This document shows, piece after piece, positions 14,055 to 26,882 of a stretch of DNA of 64,000 nucleotides; position 1 is the first letter of the stretch; every line of letters starts with the position of its first letter. The stretch is from Octopus sinensis. Lineage: Eukaryota. The stretch spans positions 92,442,001 through 92,506,000 of the forward strand of contig NC_043000.1 of the NCBI RefSeq assembly GCF_006345805.1, written 5' to 3'. Both the position numbers and the translations under genes were made by a program. The notes under the pieces are model-generated. The model saw nothing but the letters and a program-made list of their open reading frames with translations, was not told the origin of the DNA and searched no databases.

Positions 14055-14517
14055 GTGGGGGTGTATGCACATACTCTATTCCTTTTTAACTTTAAAAATG
14101 TATTTATTGATTTCACTTCTATGCCGAATATTCTGCAAAGTTTTGATATAAAATTCCACTGAAATTCCTTATACTTTACATTTTCACAACCCATATTCAA
14201 ACATCCTCTCTTTACAACATTTATTTCTTTTTTAAACTTAACCAGGAATCATTCTAAATATAGATATAATTAGAGAGTTGTATAATCAAAATTATCAATA
14301 CAGAAAAATACTAAATATATGATATGTGCAGCAATAAACTAGAATTTCATAAAATGACATCTGAATAGTAGACTTCTGTTTTATCTTTAAATGTATGTAA
14401 TTGTCTTTTGTTTTTTTAATTTTTGTAGTGAAATTTTTCATCTATATTGTTGAAAATTTCATTTTAACATTTTGGACTTGTTTTTCAACTATATATGTAT
14501 GTGTGTGTGTGTGTGTG

Positions 14518-14578
<61 letters not shown>

Positions 14579-14579
14579 T

Positions 14580-14645
<66 letters not shown>

Positions 14646-14710
14646 GATAAATAGATAGATAGATAAATAGATAGATAGATAAATAGATAGATAGATAGAT
14701 AGATAGATAA
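14518..14710. repeat. (GATA)n microsatellite
   Basis: Long array; similar arrays at about 2935-3025, 7660-7795 and 55855-56020. Confidence 0.95.
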
Positions 14711-14728
14711 TGATATAGATGTAGGTAT

Positions 14729-14895
14729 ATAGGCACAGACATGGCCGTGTGATGAGAAGCTTGCTTCCCAATTACATGGTCCTAGTTTTAGTCCCATTGT
14801 GTGTTACCTTGAGCAAGAGTCTTTTATTGTAACTCCAGGTTGACCAAATCATTGTTAGTGGATTTGGTAGACAGAAACTTGAAGAATTATGTTGT
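14729..14895 (+). mobile_element. SINE family A, 5' half
   Basis: TGGCCGTGTGATGAGAAGCTTGCTTCCC...AGTCCCATTGTG...CCTTGAGCAAG. Confidence 0.7.
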
Positions 14896-15166
14896 ATATA
14901 CATTATATATGTACATCTCTCTCTCTCGTTTTCTCTCTCGCTTTCTCTCTCTCCCTCTCCCTCTCCCCCCTCTCTCTCTCTCTCTCTGAGGCCCGAAATC
15001 CTTCAAAGGGATATCAAACATCCAAGTCCACCAGTACAGTTCAAGCAAAGAATATATATAAAAAATATATATTCAGTATTTGCAAAAAACAATAAATGAA
15101 GTACAAGGAAAGGGAAAAATTGTAGGTGTAGATGATCTTTAATTCATAATCCAGGTTGGTAGAGAT

Positions 15167-15275
15167 CCAATATGAATTCTACAGATGGTTTCAGAGTCTA
15201 ATTAATTCCAAAGACAAAAACGAAAATCTCTTCTTGGAATAAAAGTTAGATTCTTCATCAGGAATTACATATTGG
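15167..15275 (-). ncRNA. Type I hammerhead ribozyme candidate, canonical core
   Basis: Minus strand CCAATATGTAATTC-CTGATGA-AGAATCTAA...TTAGACTCT-GAAA-C(CATCT)GTA-GAATTCATATTGG: 13-bp stem I with one bulge, stem II 8 of 9 bp, GUA site. Confidence 0.75.
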
Positions 15276-15580
15276 TATAGATAATTACGACCAACAAAAA
15301 TATAAAAAGACCTTTTATAACCCAGATGGGAATGAACAAATAAAATATATATACCCTTAAAATATATATATATATATACACATAAAAGTTTGGAGGGATA
15401 TATTATGGGGGCGGATACCATATTAGCTCTCAGGTAAGATCCGGTTAATAGCTAACCACAACGATTTGTATCTAATGTCTGTTACTACATTTAGTTGTTA
15501 GTCACTCCATGATTCTTCTGATGGGTAAATCCATGTTCTGATCCCTATGTCAGTGTGAGTGCACATGTATGACGTATGTA

Positions 15581-15619
<39 letters not shown>

Positions 15620-15696
15620 ATAAATATTAGGGAATAAATCCAAATTTACAGGAAAAAATCAGATTTAGGATTAAATCCAATTTTATAGTAAAATAT

Positions 15697-16015
15697 TATA
15701 AAATATTATTAGAGACAAAACCACTATTTTGCAAAACAAACAAGGAAAAGACTAATAATACATAAAATTTTAATAAATAGTCAAAAAAACGCCCACTACA
15801 ATCGTTTCTTGTCTTGATCGACAATCTTCAGGTGGACTTCCAATAATTCAGTGTCAAATTTGACACTGATTATTGGAAGTCCACCTGAAGATTGTCGATC
15901 AAGACAAACAGATTGTAGTGGCGTTTTTTGACTATTTATTAAAATTTTATGTATTATTAAGTCTTTCCTTGTTTGTTTTGCAAAATAGTGGTTTTGTCTC
16001 TAATAATATTTTATA
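15697..16015. repeat. Fold-back (about 160-bp arms) of a Penelope-type terminal repeat
   Basis: Palindrome centre GTGTCAAA|TTTGACAC at 15858/15859; arm sequence shared with 33017-33220 and 35321-35361. Confidence 0.9.
15793..15835 (-). ncRNA. Minimal type I hammerhead ribozyme candidate, canonical core
   Basis: CCAC-CTGAAGA-TTGTC(GATCAA)GACAA-GAAA-C(GATT)GTA-GTGG; all three stems pair. Confidence 0.75.
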
Positions 16016-16047
16016 TATATATATAATATATATAATATATATATATA

Positions 16048-16082
<35 letters not shown>

Positions 16083-16932
16083 CATATATATATATATATA
16101 TATACATCTATTATATATATATATATACACCCATACATATATAATATACATATATATAGATATGTATGTATATATGTATATATATATATGTATTATATAG
16201 ATAGATGTATATATGTGCATGTTATATACACACACACTTGCCTGTATATACATCTGTCTATATTACATCTATATATGTGTGTATGTATACACACACACAA
16301 CGTAATCTTTACACCAAAATACCTTTACAACATAATGCCATTGGTATACTTATCATTTGGTTGTAACCACATTTATAAATACACATTTAATTGCCTGTTC
16401 TTTCATTGCTTTTCCCTATGTATCTTATCATACAAGCCACACCCCTTGTTACAGTTTTTTTTTCTTCCTGTAGGCTCTGCATGGCAACATGATAAATCCC
16501 TTGAAATACACTATGACCAAAGGGAGGTAAAAGAAAAAGAAATAATGACATATGGTTAAGTCATTTACTTCACTATTTTTTCTAGTTCTTTTCTTTCCCT
16601 CAAAGCAAGCTAATATACTCAGCAAATTAATATAAACATTTGAATTGTTGACAAGTTGGGAAGTGTTCACACATCATGTCTCTAAACAGTTTTACTAATC
16701 AAGGCAGAAAAATTCGTTTATTTTAAAACATTTTGTCAGATCTTTCTCTCAAGTCATACTTTGTAATTAATCTATGTCCAAGCATATTTAGCTGTTGTTA
16801 ATGTTTTTTTTCTTTTTTCTTTTGTCTTTAGTCATGCTGATGTTGATTGAATACATCAAAGATCAAAGATATTTCACCCATGACTAGTCCATCTTAAACA
16901 TCCAGGCCTATATTCTCCTATTCATATATTCT

Positions 16933-17565
16933 TTTACTTGTTTCATGTGTTTGTTTACTGTGGCCATGCTGGAGCACCAACTTAACGGGTTTTAGTCAGA
17001 GAAATTGACTCAGGACTTATTCTTTGTAAGCCTAGAATGTATTCCATCAGTTCCTTTTGCCAAACTACTAAGTTACAAGAACATAAACACATCAACACCA
17101 GTTGTCAAGTGATGGTGGGGGAACAAAGACACACTCAAACACACACACACACACACACACACACGCATACACACACACATATACTGCGTAGCCCAAAAGT
17201 AGGTTTACAGTTATCACATAGGCACTTTAAATTCCTTTTAAAGCATTTAAATTTCTGTCTTACAAACTAAAAAGGGAGCTTGACAAAAATTAACCAAATT
17301 AGCATAGAACTATGATTTCCTATTTCTTTATAATTAAGATCTAAACTGTTAATATATGGATGCAAAATAGATAGTTGAATAACTATAAACCTACTTTTGG
17401 GCCACCCTGTTATACAACAGTTTCCATCTATCAAATCTACTCACAAGGCTTTGGTCAGCCTGAGGCTATAGTAGTTGGCACTTGCCCAAAGTGCTACACA
17501 GTAGGACTGAACCCGGAACCATGTGGCTGGGAAGCATGTTTCTTACCACACAGCCACGCCTGCAT
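16933..17565 (-). mobile_element. SINE family A interrupted by a MITE in its central microsatellite
   Basis: 3' half at 16933-17135 and 5' half at 17415-17565, both minus strand, separated by (CA)n plus the MITE. Confidence 0.75.
17184..17409. mobile_element. Tc1/mariner-type MITE
   Basis: 29-bp TIRs with 4 mismatches (right TIR reverse-complements to CAGGGTGGCCCAAAAGTAGGTTTATAGTT); TA at the left end; 226 bp, non-coding. Confidence 0.8.
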
Positions 17566-19659
17566 TGATGCTTTTCTATAGTAATGCTGATGCTGATTAA
17601 TACACCAAGCATCAAAGGCGTTTCACCCATGATCAGTCCATTTTATACATCCAGGCCTCTATTCTTCTATGTGAACTTCTGTTTTTTTTTTTATTTTTGA
17701 CATTGCAGGATAATTGTAAATGAGTGTCCCTGTAATATAAGTGGTGTCATTTACTTTAAGGCTTCCATTGAAAGAAGTGCTGTCATAGAGGTACATTACC
17801 TTGCTTCAAAGCAAGGGAAGTTTGGTGACAGGAAAGGTATCTGTCTGTAGGAAATTTGCCTCAATAAATTCCATCCAGCCCATGCAAGCCTGGAAAAGAG
17901 GGCATTGAAACAATAATGAAATGATGATGAAGAATGAAGGTGCGATCTGAGGGAGATTTAATTGCCATTTCTTGTCAATGATCACATGGAGGTAACCACA
18001 TGGAAGCTTCTTGCTTGCTGTTTAATTTTGTCGTAAATTCATTGACATGGCCTGAAGCACTTGTGAAGGGAGTTACAGAGGCTGGGGTAGGTGTTCATCT
18101 GTCAATGTTGCAGAAAGAAATGCCATAGAAAGAAGAGCAATATGAATTATATTTTTGTAAGGCCTTCAAGGAATGGGAAAAAGAATCCTTGACATGATGT
18201 TGCTGCAGTAGGAATCAGAGTACCAATAAGTTGAAATATCCTCTAAGTGGAGGTCTGGTCTGAATGCCTGAAACAGAATGGTTTCTGTTAACAACCCACA
18301 AGGGCCAAGTGGTATATTTAGCCCTTTCATTTTATCATATTTTTATTGAAACACGCTGCATTGCTTCTGTTAATTTGAAGAATAATGAAGAATTTAGTAT
18401 AACAACTTTGACCTTATCAAACTGATATTTAAGGTTGCGAACTGGCAGGATCATTCACATGCCAAGCAAAATGCTTAGCACCATATCACCTGTCTTCATA
18501 TTCTGATTTAAAATTCCAACAAGGTTTAACGTAATTTTTACCACTGAAATTGCAGACTCTGTGCCAAGATTTAAAATCATTATTAAACTGATAGTTGGAA
18601 CATAAATAAACGTAAATTTTGATCAACAAAAATATTGTAACAAATTGTTACACACCGTTTCTGTTTCAAATATTTTTGAACATTATCAAGAATTTAATAA
18701 AATAATTGTCATTATTGAGCTAAAAAATTTTGATTGCTTTTATTTAGATGATTTTGAAACAGGAAGTTTGTATTATTATAGAGACTTGGCCCATCTCACT
18801 TCAGATAACAGGTGGAAGGGTTTAACCACTCACTAGTAAGTAGATAGATTGTATTTAACCAATTAGCACTTTATTATGATTAATATTATTAATTAGTACT
18901 ACAAACATAACGATTATAAATTATTACCATTGATATAAAACTTTACTGTATTTACGCCGCTTCTTAAACTAAAACCTATTGTTGCATCCCACTATTTATC
19001 CATCCTATCCACCCCACTGCACAAAGGATTAATCCATCAATTGCTATTTTGCTTTAGTCTTTTACTTAATGGTTCAAAGAGACACACAAGCAAAATGGTA
19101 TGATTATAACCATATTCTTCTTTTCCCTTTTTCTTCTCTATGCCCTTCTTCTTTATTTATTCTTCACTCTGAGGAAGCTCCTCATTTCTGATCGGTTTTA
19201 TTACCAAATATAATTAATATTTTTTCATATTTTTGCATATCAATGGTAATACCATGCAACATTTGAAGCAGAAACAGCCATTAGATGGGATGCAGCCTAT
19301 TTGCATTGAATTAATAAATAATAATTGATGTAAGTCAATTGTTGTTCATTAGTACTTCTCAATTTTCTGCTTTCTTTATATTGCAGATATTATAAAATAT
19401 TTGTTGCATAATCTCAAGAATGCTGATTTTAAAAGGGTTAAGTGGGTCACATGTTAAGTCTACCCATCAAGAAGAGGTACAACATCTGAAGACCTGCCAC
19501 AATTTCACTTACAAACTTTGGACAGATCTGAGGTTATGGCAAAGTCTATCGAGGTACAGTAGAATAAAAGACATTGGTAGTGATATTTTTAAGGGATAGG
19601 TAAGAAGAAGGGGATGGATTTGGGTGAAGAAATGAAGTGTAAATGCATGTGAGTATGGG

Positions 19660-19692
<33 letters not shown>

Positions 19693-19846
19693 ATAGTGCA
19701 AGCAAGTGGTCAGCTGTAGAGGACAGAAGGAATAAGGCAAAGAAAATACTATCAAAGAAGAACCCTGTATGTGTGTATGTGTGTGCGTGTGTGTGTATGT
19801 GTGTGTGCGTGTGTATGTGTGTGTGCGTGCGCATGTGTGTATGTGT

Positions 19847-20306
19847 ATCAGCGGATCAGAACTGGCTTGAGGATGGAGGTGAGTGTGTGTGTGTATGTCT
19901 ATGTGTGTGTGTATGTGTGCATGCATGCACATGTGTATATGTGCATCAGAAGATCAGAACTGGCTTGAGAATTGAGGTGAGTGTGTGTGTGTGCGTGTGC
20001 ATGTGTATATGTGTATCAGCGGATCAGAACTGGCTTGAGGATGGAGGTGAGTGTGTGTGTGTGTTTGTATGTGTATGTGTATATGTGCATCAGAAGATCA
20101 GAACTAGCTTGAGGATTGAGGTGAGTATGTTTGTGTGTGTGTGTATGTGTGTGTGTGTGTGCTAGTGGATATGTGTACCAGAAGATCAGAGCTGGCTTGA
20201 GGATTGAGGTGAGTATGTGTGTGTATGTATGTGTGTGTTTGTCTGTGTGTTCGCGTGTGTATATGTGTACCAGAGGATCAGAACAGACTTGAGGATTTAG
20301 GTGAGT
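19847..20306 (+). repeat. Minisatellite: six 27-bp cores in (GT)-rich spacers
   Basis: cag|MRGATCAGAACTGGCTTGAGGATKGAG|GTGAGT-like units starting at 19852, 19950, 20020, 20094, 20182 and 20274. Confidence 0.9.
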
Positions 20307-20570
20307 ATGCATATGGGGTGTAAGTGTATGTAGGTGAAAGATGTGTATCTAAGAGATGAGTTGGGATCAGATGAGAGGGAGTGGAGAAAGAAAGTAGAAA
20401 GAGTAAGGAGGCACAAGGGTGTAAACTTTAGGGCTAACAAAAGTGTAAAAAGTGTATAGGTGAGTGACTTGTAATGTGTATGGATGTGTAGGCCATAATG
20501 CATAGTCAGATGTGCGTGTGTGAAAATGGCATGTATGCAGGCATGATATGTGTGCAGAAATGGTATGTGG

Positions 20571-20735
20571 TGCAGGCATGGCTGTATGGTAAGAAGCTAG
20601 CCTCCCAACCAACTGGTTCTGGGTTCAGTCCCACTGCAAGGCAACTTGGGCAAGTGTCTTCTACTATAGCCTGAGGCTGACGAAAGCCTTGTGAGTGAAT
20701 TTGGTAGATGGATATGAAAAGATGCCTGTCATGTA
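20571..20735 (+). mobile_element. SINE family A, 5' half
   Basis: TGGCTGTATGG A box, GGTTCAGTCCC B box, ACCTTGGGCAAG-like body. Confidence 0.8.
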
Positions 20736-20758
20736 CATACATACATACATACATAACA

Positions 20759-20792
<34 letters not shown>

Positions 20793-20820
20793 AATACAAC
20801 ATACATACAGACATATCTAT

Positions 20821-20854
<34 letters not shown>

Positions 20855-21037
20855 CTATATATATGTATATGTATGCATGTATGTATATAAGTGTGTATAA
20901 AGATATATACACTGAAAGAAGACCCTTGACAGGACTTCTTACTACTAAAAAGGGCAGTTAAATCCACCATGAAAAGATAATCCTAAAGGCATGCCGATAA
21001 TGGCACTAGAATAAATAAAACAAAAGATTATTAGTTA

Positions 21038-21107
21038 ATCCCATGCTCGAGTTTCCCTATTAATGAACAAATAAATTAATTTGTCATTCGAAGTTCATCA
21101 GTGAGAT
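21038..21107 (-). ncRNA. Hammerhead-like motif with mutated cleavage triplet
   Basis: ATCTCA-CTGATGA-[stem II, AATGACAAAT/ATTTGTTCATT]-GAAA-CTCGAG-CA-TGGGAT; 6-bp stem I; GCA instead of GUA. Confidence 0.55.
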
Positions 21108-21546
21108 CGCTAAAGAATGCATAATTATGCAGCTTTAGTATATATTGAAAACACGTGCAAGCTCCACATTTATACATTATGGATTCAAATCAAGTGTGCA
21201 AGCAAAGTCACATAGCCTAGCAGCAAATAATAAATTTAAACTGTACTATATGGCCTCAGAATTAGAAAATTTTACTGTGTAAATTAAGGGGGTAAAAATT
21301 TTAAATAATTTATTTCCAGTGATTCATATGCGTAATAAAAGTCATAAGGCACAACATATTTTTTTTATATAAGAGTGTATAAACATTTATACACAGAGAG
21401 AAGACCCCTGATAGACCTTCTTACATGCTAAAAAGAGCAGTTACACCCAAACCCTGAAAAAATAATTCTAAAGGCACACCGACAATGGCACTAGAATGAA
21501 TAAAACAAAAAATTATATATATATATATATATATACATATATGTAT

Positions 21547-21645
<99 letters not shown>

Positions 21646-22579
21646 TTGTAAAGTGGCTGATAAAATAAGTACTAGGCTTAAAAAACAAGCCCTGGGGTCG
21701 ATTTGTTCAACTAAAAACCCCTTAAAGTGGTGCTCCAGCATGGCTGCAGTCAAATGACTGAAACAAGTAAAAGAATAATAGAATAAAAGTATATGTGTAT
21801 TCTTGCATATAAGTGTGGAAGTGTTAATGCAATGTACATGATGGGGTTTTCCAACGTACATTAAGCTCATGGATACAATTGAGTAACCTTTCACTTTACA
21901 TGCAAGGGTATTTGTATGTGTGGACAGGCAGTATTTCCAGTTGGGTGTGGACATGCCAAAGTGTATGTACAGGTTATGAGGGTAGGAATTAAAACCATAG
22001 GGAGTGTAAGTTTGTAGGAAGAAGTCAAGCTTCTGTTCATTCTATAATTGAGAGCGAGACAGATCTGGTGCTTGAGAACAAACTGAAGTTTCAAGGTGTT
22101 GGGTGGCGTGGTTGGCAGAGTAGAAATATCAGGCAGATCCTGGTCACCATTTTACACATGCATACACATATCTCTTAAATAGTTTCACTCAGGCAAAGCA
22201 TGGGTCTATCATGTATAAAGTATATTTAGTATGTGGTACAACACATGCACACACAAACACCACAACACACATTACCAATAACTGCACATATAAATATATA
22301 AAATTATACGATATAAAACTATGATTATATAAATAAATATATTCACTCCATATACCCACATTTACACATACATTCACAAATGTACATACTCACATATATA
22401 TATGTGTATAGACATATAAAACATACAAAATATATAGCGATTTTTATAGACTACATTTGATTCAAATTGTATTGATAAATGCACATTTGGTACCACATCA
22501 AAACATACTATGGTATATCGTAATATACTTTGTTCTGTGCATGTATGTATATATATATATACCTCACTTCAGACATATA

Positions 22580-22611
<32 letters not shown>

Positions 22612-22636
22612 GCATATATGTATGTATTATAGAAAG

Positions 22637-22702
<66 letters not shown>

Positions 22703-22852
22703 AATATGTATGTGTGCATATCATCATCATCATGCCTGTAAACATCAAATATGCAAAATAAGTGTTTTTACATGTGCAGTATAGTGTGGTTGTCTCACTC
22801 TTTCATTGGATGTTCTCATCAACACTTACATATATATACATATACATACATA

Positions 22853-22895
<43 letters not shown>

Positions 22896-22916
22896 TATAT
22901 ATATTATATATATATA

Positions 22917-22957
<41 letters not shown>

Positions 22958-23070
22958 TATATATTATATAATATATATACATACACACATTTATTATATA
23001 TTCACTGAAACAGTAAAATAATAGAATAAAAAGAATATGTGTATTCTTGCATATAAGTATATAATATAAT

Positions 23071-23128
<58 letters not shown>

Positions 23129-23227
23129 TGAAACAAGTAAAAGAATAATAGAATAAAAGAATATGTATATTCTTGCATATAAGTAATATAATATATATAC
23201 ATACGTATATATATACACACACACATA

Positions 23228-23266
<39 letters not shown>

Positions 23267-23483
23267 CATATATAGTCACTCACACACTATATATATATGT
23301 GTGTGTACATATATCTATGAAGATTAACATCAATATTTTAAATTTATATAGTGTGTTTCCTTGTGCTGTAATTTTTTTTTCCTAATTCTCCTGTTATAGC
23401 AGTCATGTTCGCCCAGTAGCCTTTCATGAGAAGTTTAAAACTAATTTCCTCAATTTAATTCCCCTAAGGGGCAGTAGAGCAGA

Positions 23484-23551
<68 letters not shown>

Positions 23552-23561
23552 TTAAATACAT

Positions 23562-23607
<46 letters not shown>

Positions 23608-24013
23608 TATATATTATATATATATATATATACATACATACATATATAAAGATAATATATACACACACATACTCATATATATATATGTATATATATATAT
23701 TTATGTGTATGTGTTAAAAAGAAATTTGGAAATAAAAAAATCCTTACAAACTCAGGTACAGATAACAACAGAAATTGTATGATCCAAATAAATAATTATT
23801 CTAAAAACGAATAAATAATGAACAATCAGTTTATTTTTCTTTGGCATAAGTATATATGGGTGTGCATTCTTTAAGACTATGATGTGGATCCAATTTTTTG
23901 CATACATACCTACATGTGCATATATCAAGGCATACAGGGATAAACACATAAAAATATACATATATCTATGCACACATATATGCATACTTATACACAAAAA
24001 CATTTGTTCTCAT

Positions 24014-24054
<41 letters not shown>

Positions 24055-25964
24055 TATTATATTTTATGTAGATATATATATACACATTTATATGTATATA
24101 ATAATTATGTACCTATATATACCTATACATACATGCATATATATATATACATATATATAAATATATATTAAATATATATATATACACACACATATATATG
24201 TGTATATATATACTTGCATATATGTATGCTTATATGTATGTATATAATTTTACGCATTTCTATCTACAAGAGTGCACTGATCACTCTTAAATGTTTTTGC
24301 TTGATAAATCATTAAACTCTGTACATTGTATTATGTATATATGTGTGTATGTATGTATGTATGTATGTATATATGTATATATGTGTGTGTGTATGTATAT
24401 GTGTGTGTTTTTACTTGTACATAGGCAATTCTTTTATTTCAATTTTTTTTCTATATTATATTCTTAATCGCTTAATTCCTTGCACACACTCATACAGACT
24501 GACACACACACACACACATACTTCCTCCTGCATATCACACTTACACACATGCATATGCATATATAGAAGGATACACACAGGAGCACACATCTTTTTCCTA
24601 CACATGTTTGAGCGTAAAACCTTATAGCAAAATTCTCAACAAATAGGTATACATGTAAATATGTGGACACATAGACACTGGTATATATAAATATATATAT
24701 GTATGTACATATCTATGTATACATGTATGTATATATATATATTATATATATATAATTTATACACATTATATATATGTTGTGCATTAATGTATTTTCATGT
24801 ATCATTTAGTAATGCATTATATTTTATCAAAAATACATTCAATCAAATCTGATGAGTTCTATGGTAAACTTTGCACAAAAATTCATTCATTCTCGTATTA
24901 ACAAAATATTTATATTTGCTTGTTGTTCCTAACTACTTTTCTACTTTTGAATTTAATGTTGAATCTCTGGATCACTTTCCTCTATATTTTGATCCACTAA
25001 AAGCCTTTTTTATTTGCATTTAGTTGATGCCATTTTCACTTATTAACACCATTTTATACTATGCTTTTAGTTTTTGTCAAAGAATAAATTTCATGATCGA
25101 TGCCTGATAAGCAGAAATTTCATGGTCTATGGCTTGATATTTAAGTCTTGCATTACCATATTTCTCATAGTTTTGATGAAACACACATTTGCTTTTAATT
25201 AGTTTTGTAAATATTTAAGAATTAACTCTGTTGTTGTTAAGGTGGTGTTATGGAGTATAAATTGGAATGAAATTTTGATGGATGATTTTAATTAAGATCT
25301 CTGTAGCTCTTTTTTTACCATTATATCCACTGGAAAATACTGCCTTTATTTCAATTAATTTTGAAAATAATGAAGAACTTCTACATCTGCAAATTCCATA
25401 GAACTTAGTAAAATAATGTTGTTATTATGAAGTTATGTGTGTGGAATATAAATTAATATGAAATTTTAAAGAAATGCTTACTTTAGATTACTTTAGAGAA
25501 AGAAGTTTATATTGTGGAATCTGGGATGGTTTTGAGCAGACTGGTATCAAAAGGGTTAAAATGGCACACAAGATCTCTCATTATTCCAACTGGTGAACTG
25601 TCATCTTGGTAAGAGAGAACTTTATGCTTCAGCAAAATCATATATGATCTATATGTGTGTGTGTGTTTGATCACAAGATTGTGGTTTCAGTTCCTAGACT
25701 GGGTGGTGCATTGTGTTCTTAAGCAAAATACTTCCTTTCACATTGCTCTGTAATCATTTTGACACCTGATGTGTGGCACACTGTGCACCTGCTTGGGCAA
25801 TGTTGTTTTGATAAAGTGGGTGAGCTAATGTACAGAACATACTTTTGACCACTTTAAACAAATCATTTGCACAGGTTGTTCAGCAAAAACTGAACACTTA
25901 TGTGTTGTCTTTAATGGGTGAGTCCATCATATATATGCAAATATATATACGTTAGCATATATAA

Positions 25965-25965
<1 letters not shown>

Positions 25966-25997
<32 letters not shown>

Positions 25998-26124
25998 TGT
26001 ATGTATGCATGTATGCATGTATGTATGTATGTATGTATGTATGTATGTATGTATGTATGTATGTATGTATGTATGTATGTATGTATGTATGTATGTATGT
26101 ATGTATGTATGTATGTATGTATGT
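25966..26124. repeat. (TATG)n microsatellite
   Basis: Near-perfect tetranucleotide array. Confidence 0.95.
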
Positions 26125-26289
26125 ATAACACACACAGAAACCCACATACACATTTATAATTAGATAAAGATAGTTATGTCCAGTTTATGGGGTAACCTTG
26201 GGTTTCATGTCCATAAAGCACTTAGTTTTATGAAATTTCTCCCTAATGGCTAGTGGCCTAAAACCTCATATATATATATATATATACAT

Positions 26290-26660
26290 ATCTGGCACTC
26301 TGTTGGTTATGACGACGAGTGTTCCAGTTGATCTGACCAACGGAACAGCCTGCTCGTGAAATTAATGTGCAAGTGGCTGAGCACTCTACAGACAGATGTA
26401 TCCTTAATGTAGTTCTCAGGGAGATTCAGCTTGACACATAGTGTGACAAGGATGGCCCTTTGAAGTACAGGTACAACAGAAGCAGGAAGAAAGAGTGAGA
26501 GAAAGTTGTGGTGAAAGAGTACAGCACCCCTGCCAGAACCTCGTGGAGCTTTAGGTGTTTTCGCTTAATAAACACTCACAACGTCCGGTCTGGGATTTGA
26601 AACTGTAATCCTAAGACTGCGAGTCTTGCTGCCCTAACCACTGGGCCATTGCACCTCCAT
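26290..26660 (-). mobile_element. tRNA-derived SINE (same head as 53398-53715)
   Basis: Minus-strand TGGCCCAGTGGTTAGGGCAGC head and GTGAGTGTTTATT...AAAACACCTAAAGCTCCACGAG body shared with the + strand copy. Confidence 0.75.
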
Positions 26661-26671
26661 ATATATATATA

Positions 26672-26726
<55 letters not shown>

Positions 26727-26882
26727 TATATATATATATATATATATACATACATGTCCAACCCATGCTAGCATGGAAAACAGATGCTAAATGACGACGA
26801 TGATGATGATGATGATGATGACACACACTCTCACACAAATATATAATTATATGTGAATGCATTTATACATACTATATATATA

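Noticed and set aside
15873-16559. 228-aa ORF
   Set aside because: It runs through a palindrome arm and TA microsatellite.
18318-18830. TTAA/CCCTTT piggyBac-type MITEs (also near 25305-25540 and 36726)
   Set aside because: Only single or degenerate termini are visible, so paired TIRs could not be confirmed.
19847-20306. CRISPR array
   Set aside because: Eukaryotic context, spacers are GT microsatellite rather than unique sequence, and there are no cas genes.
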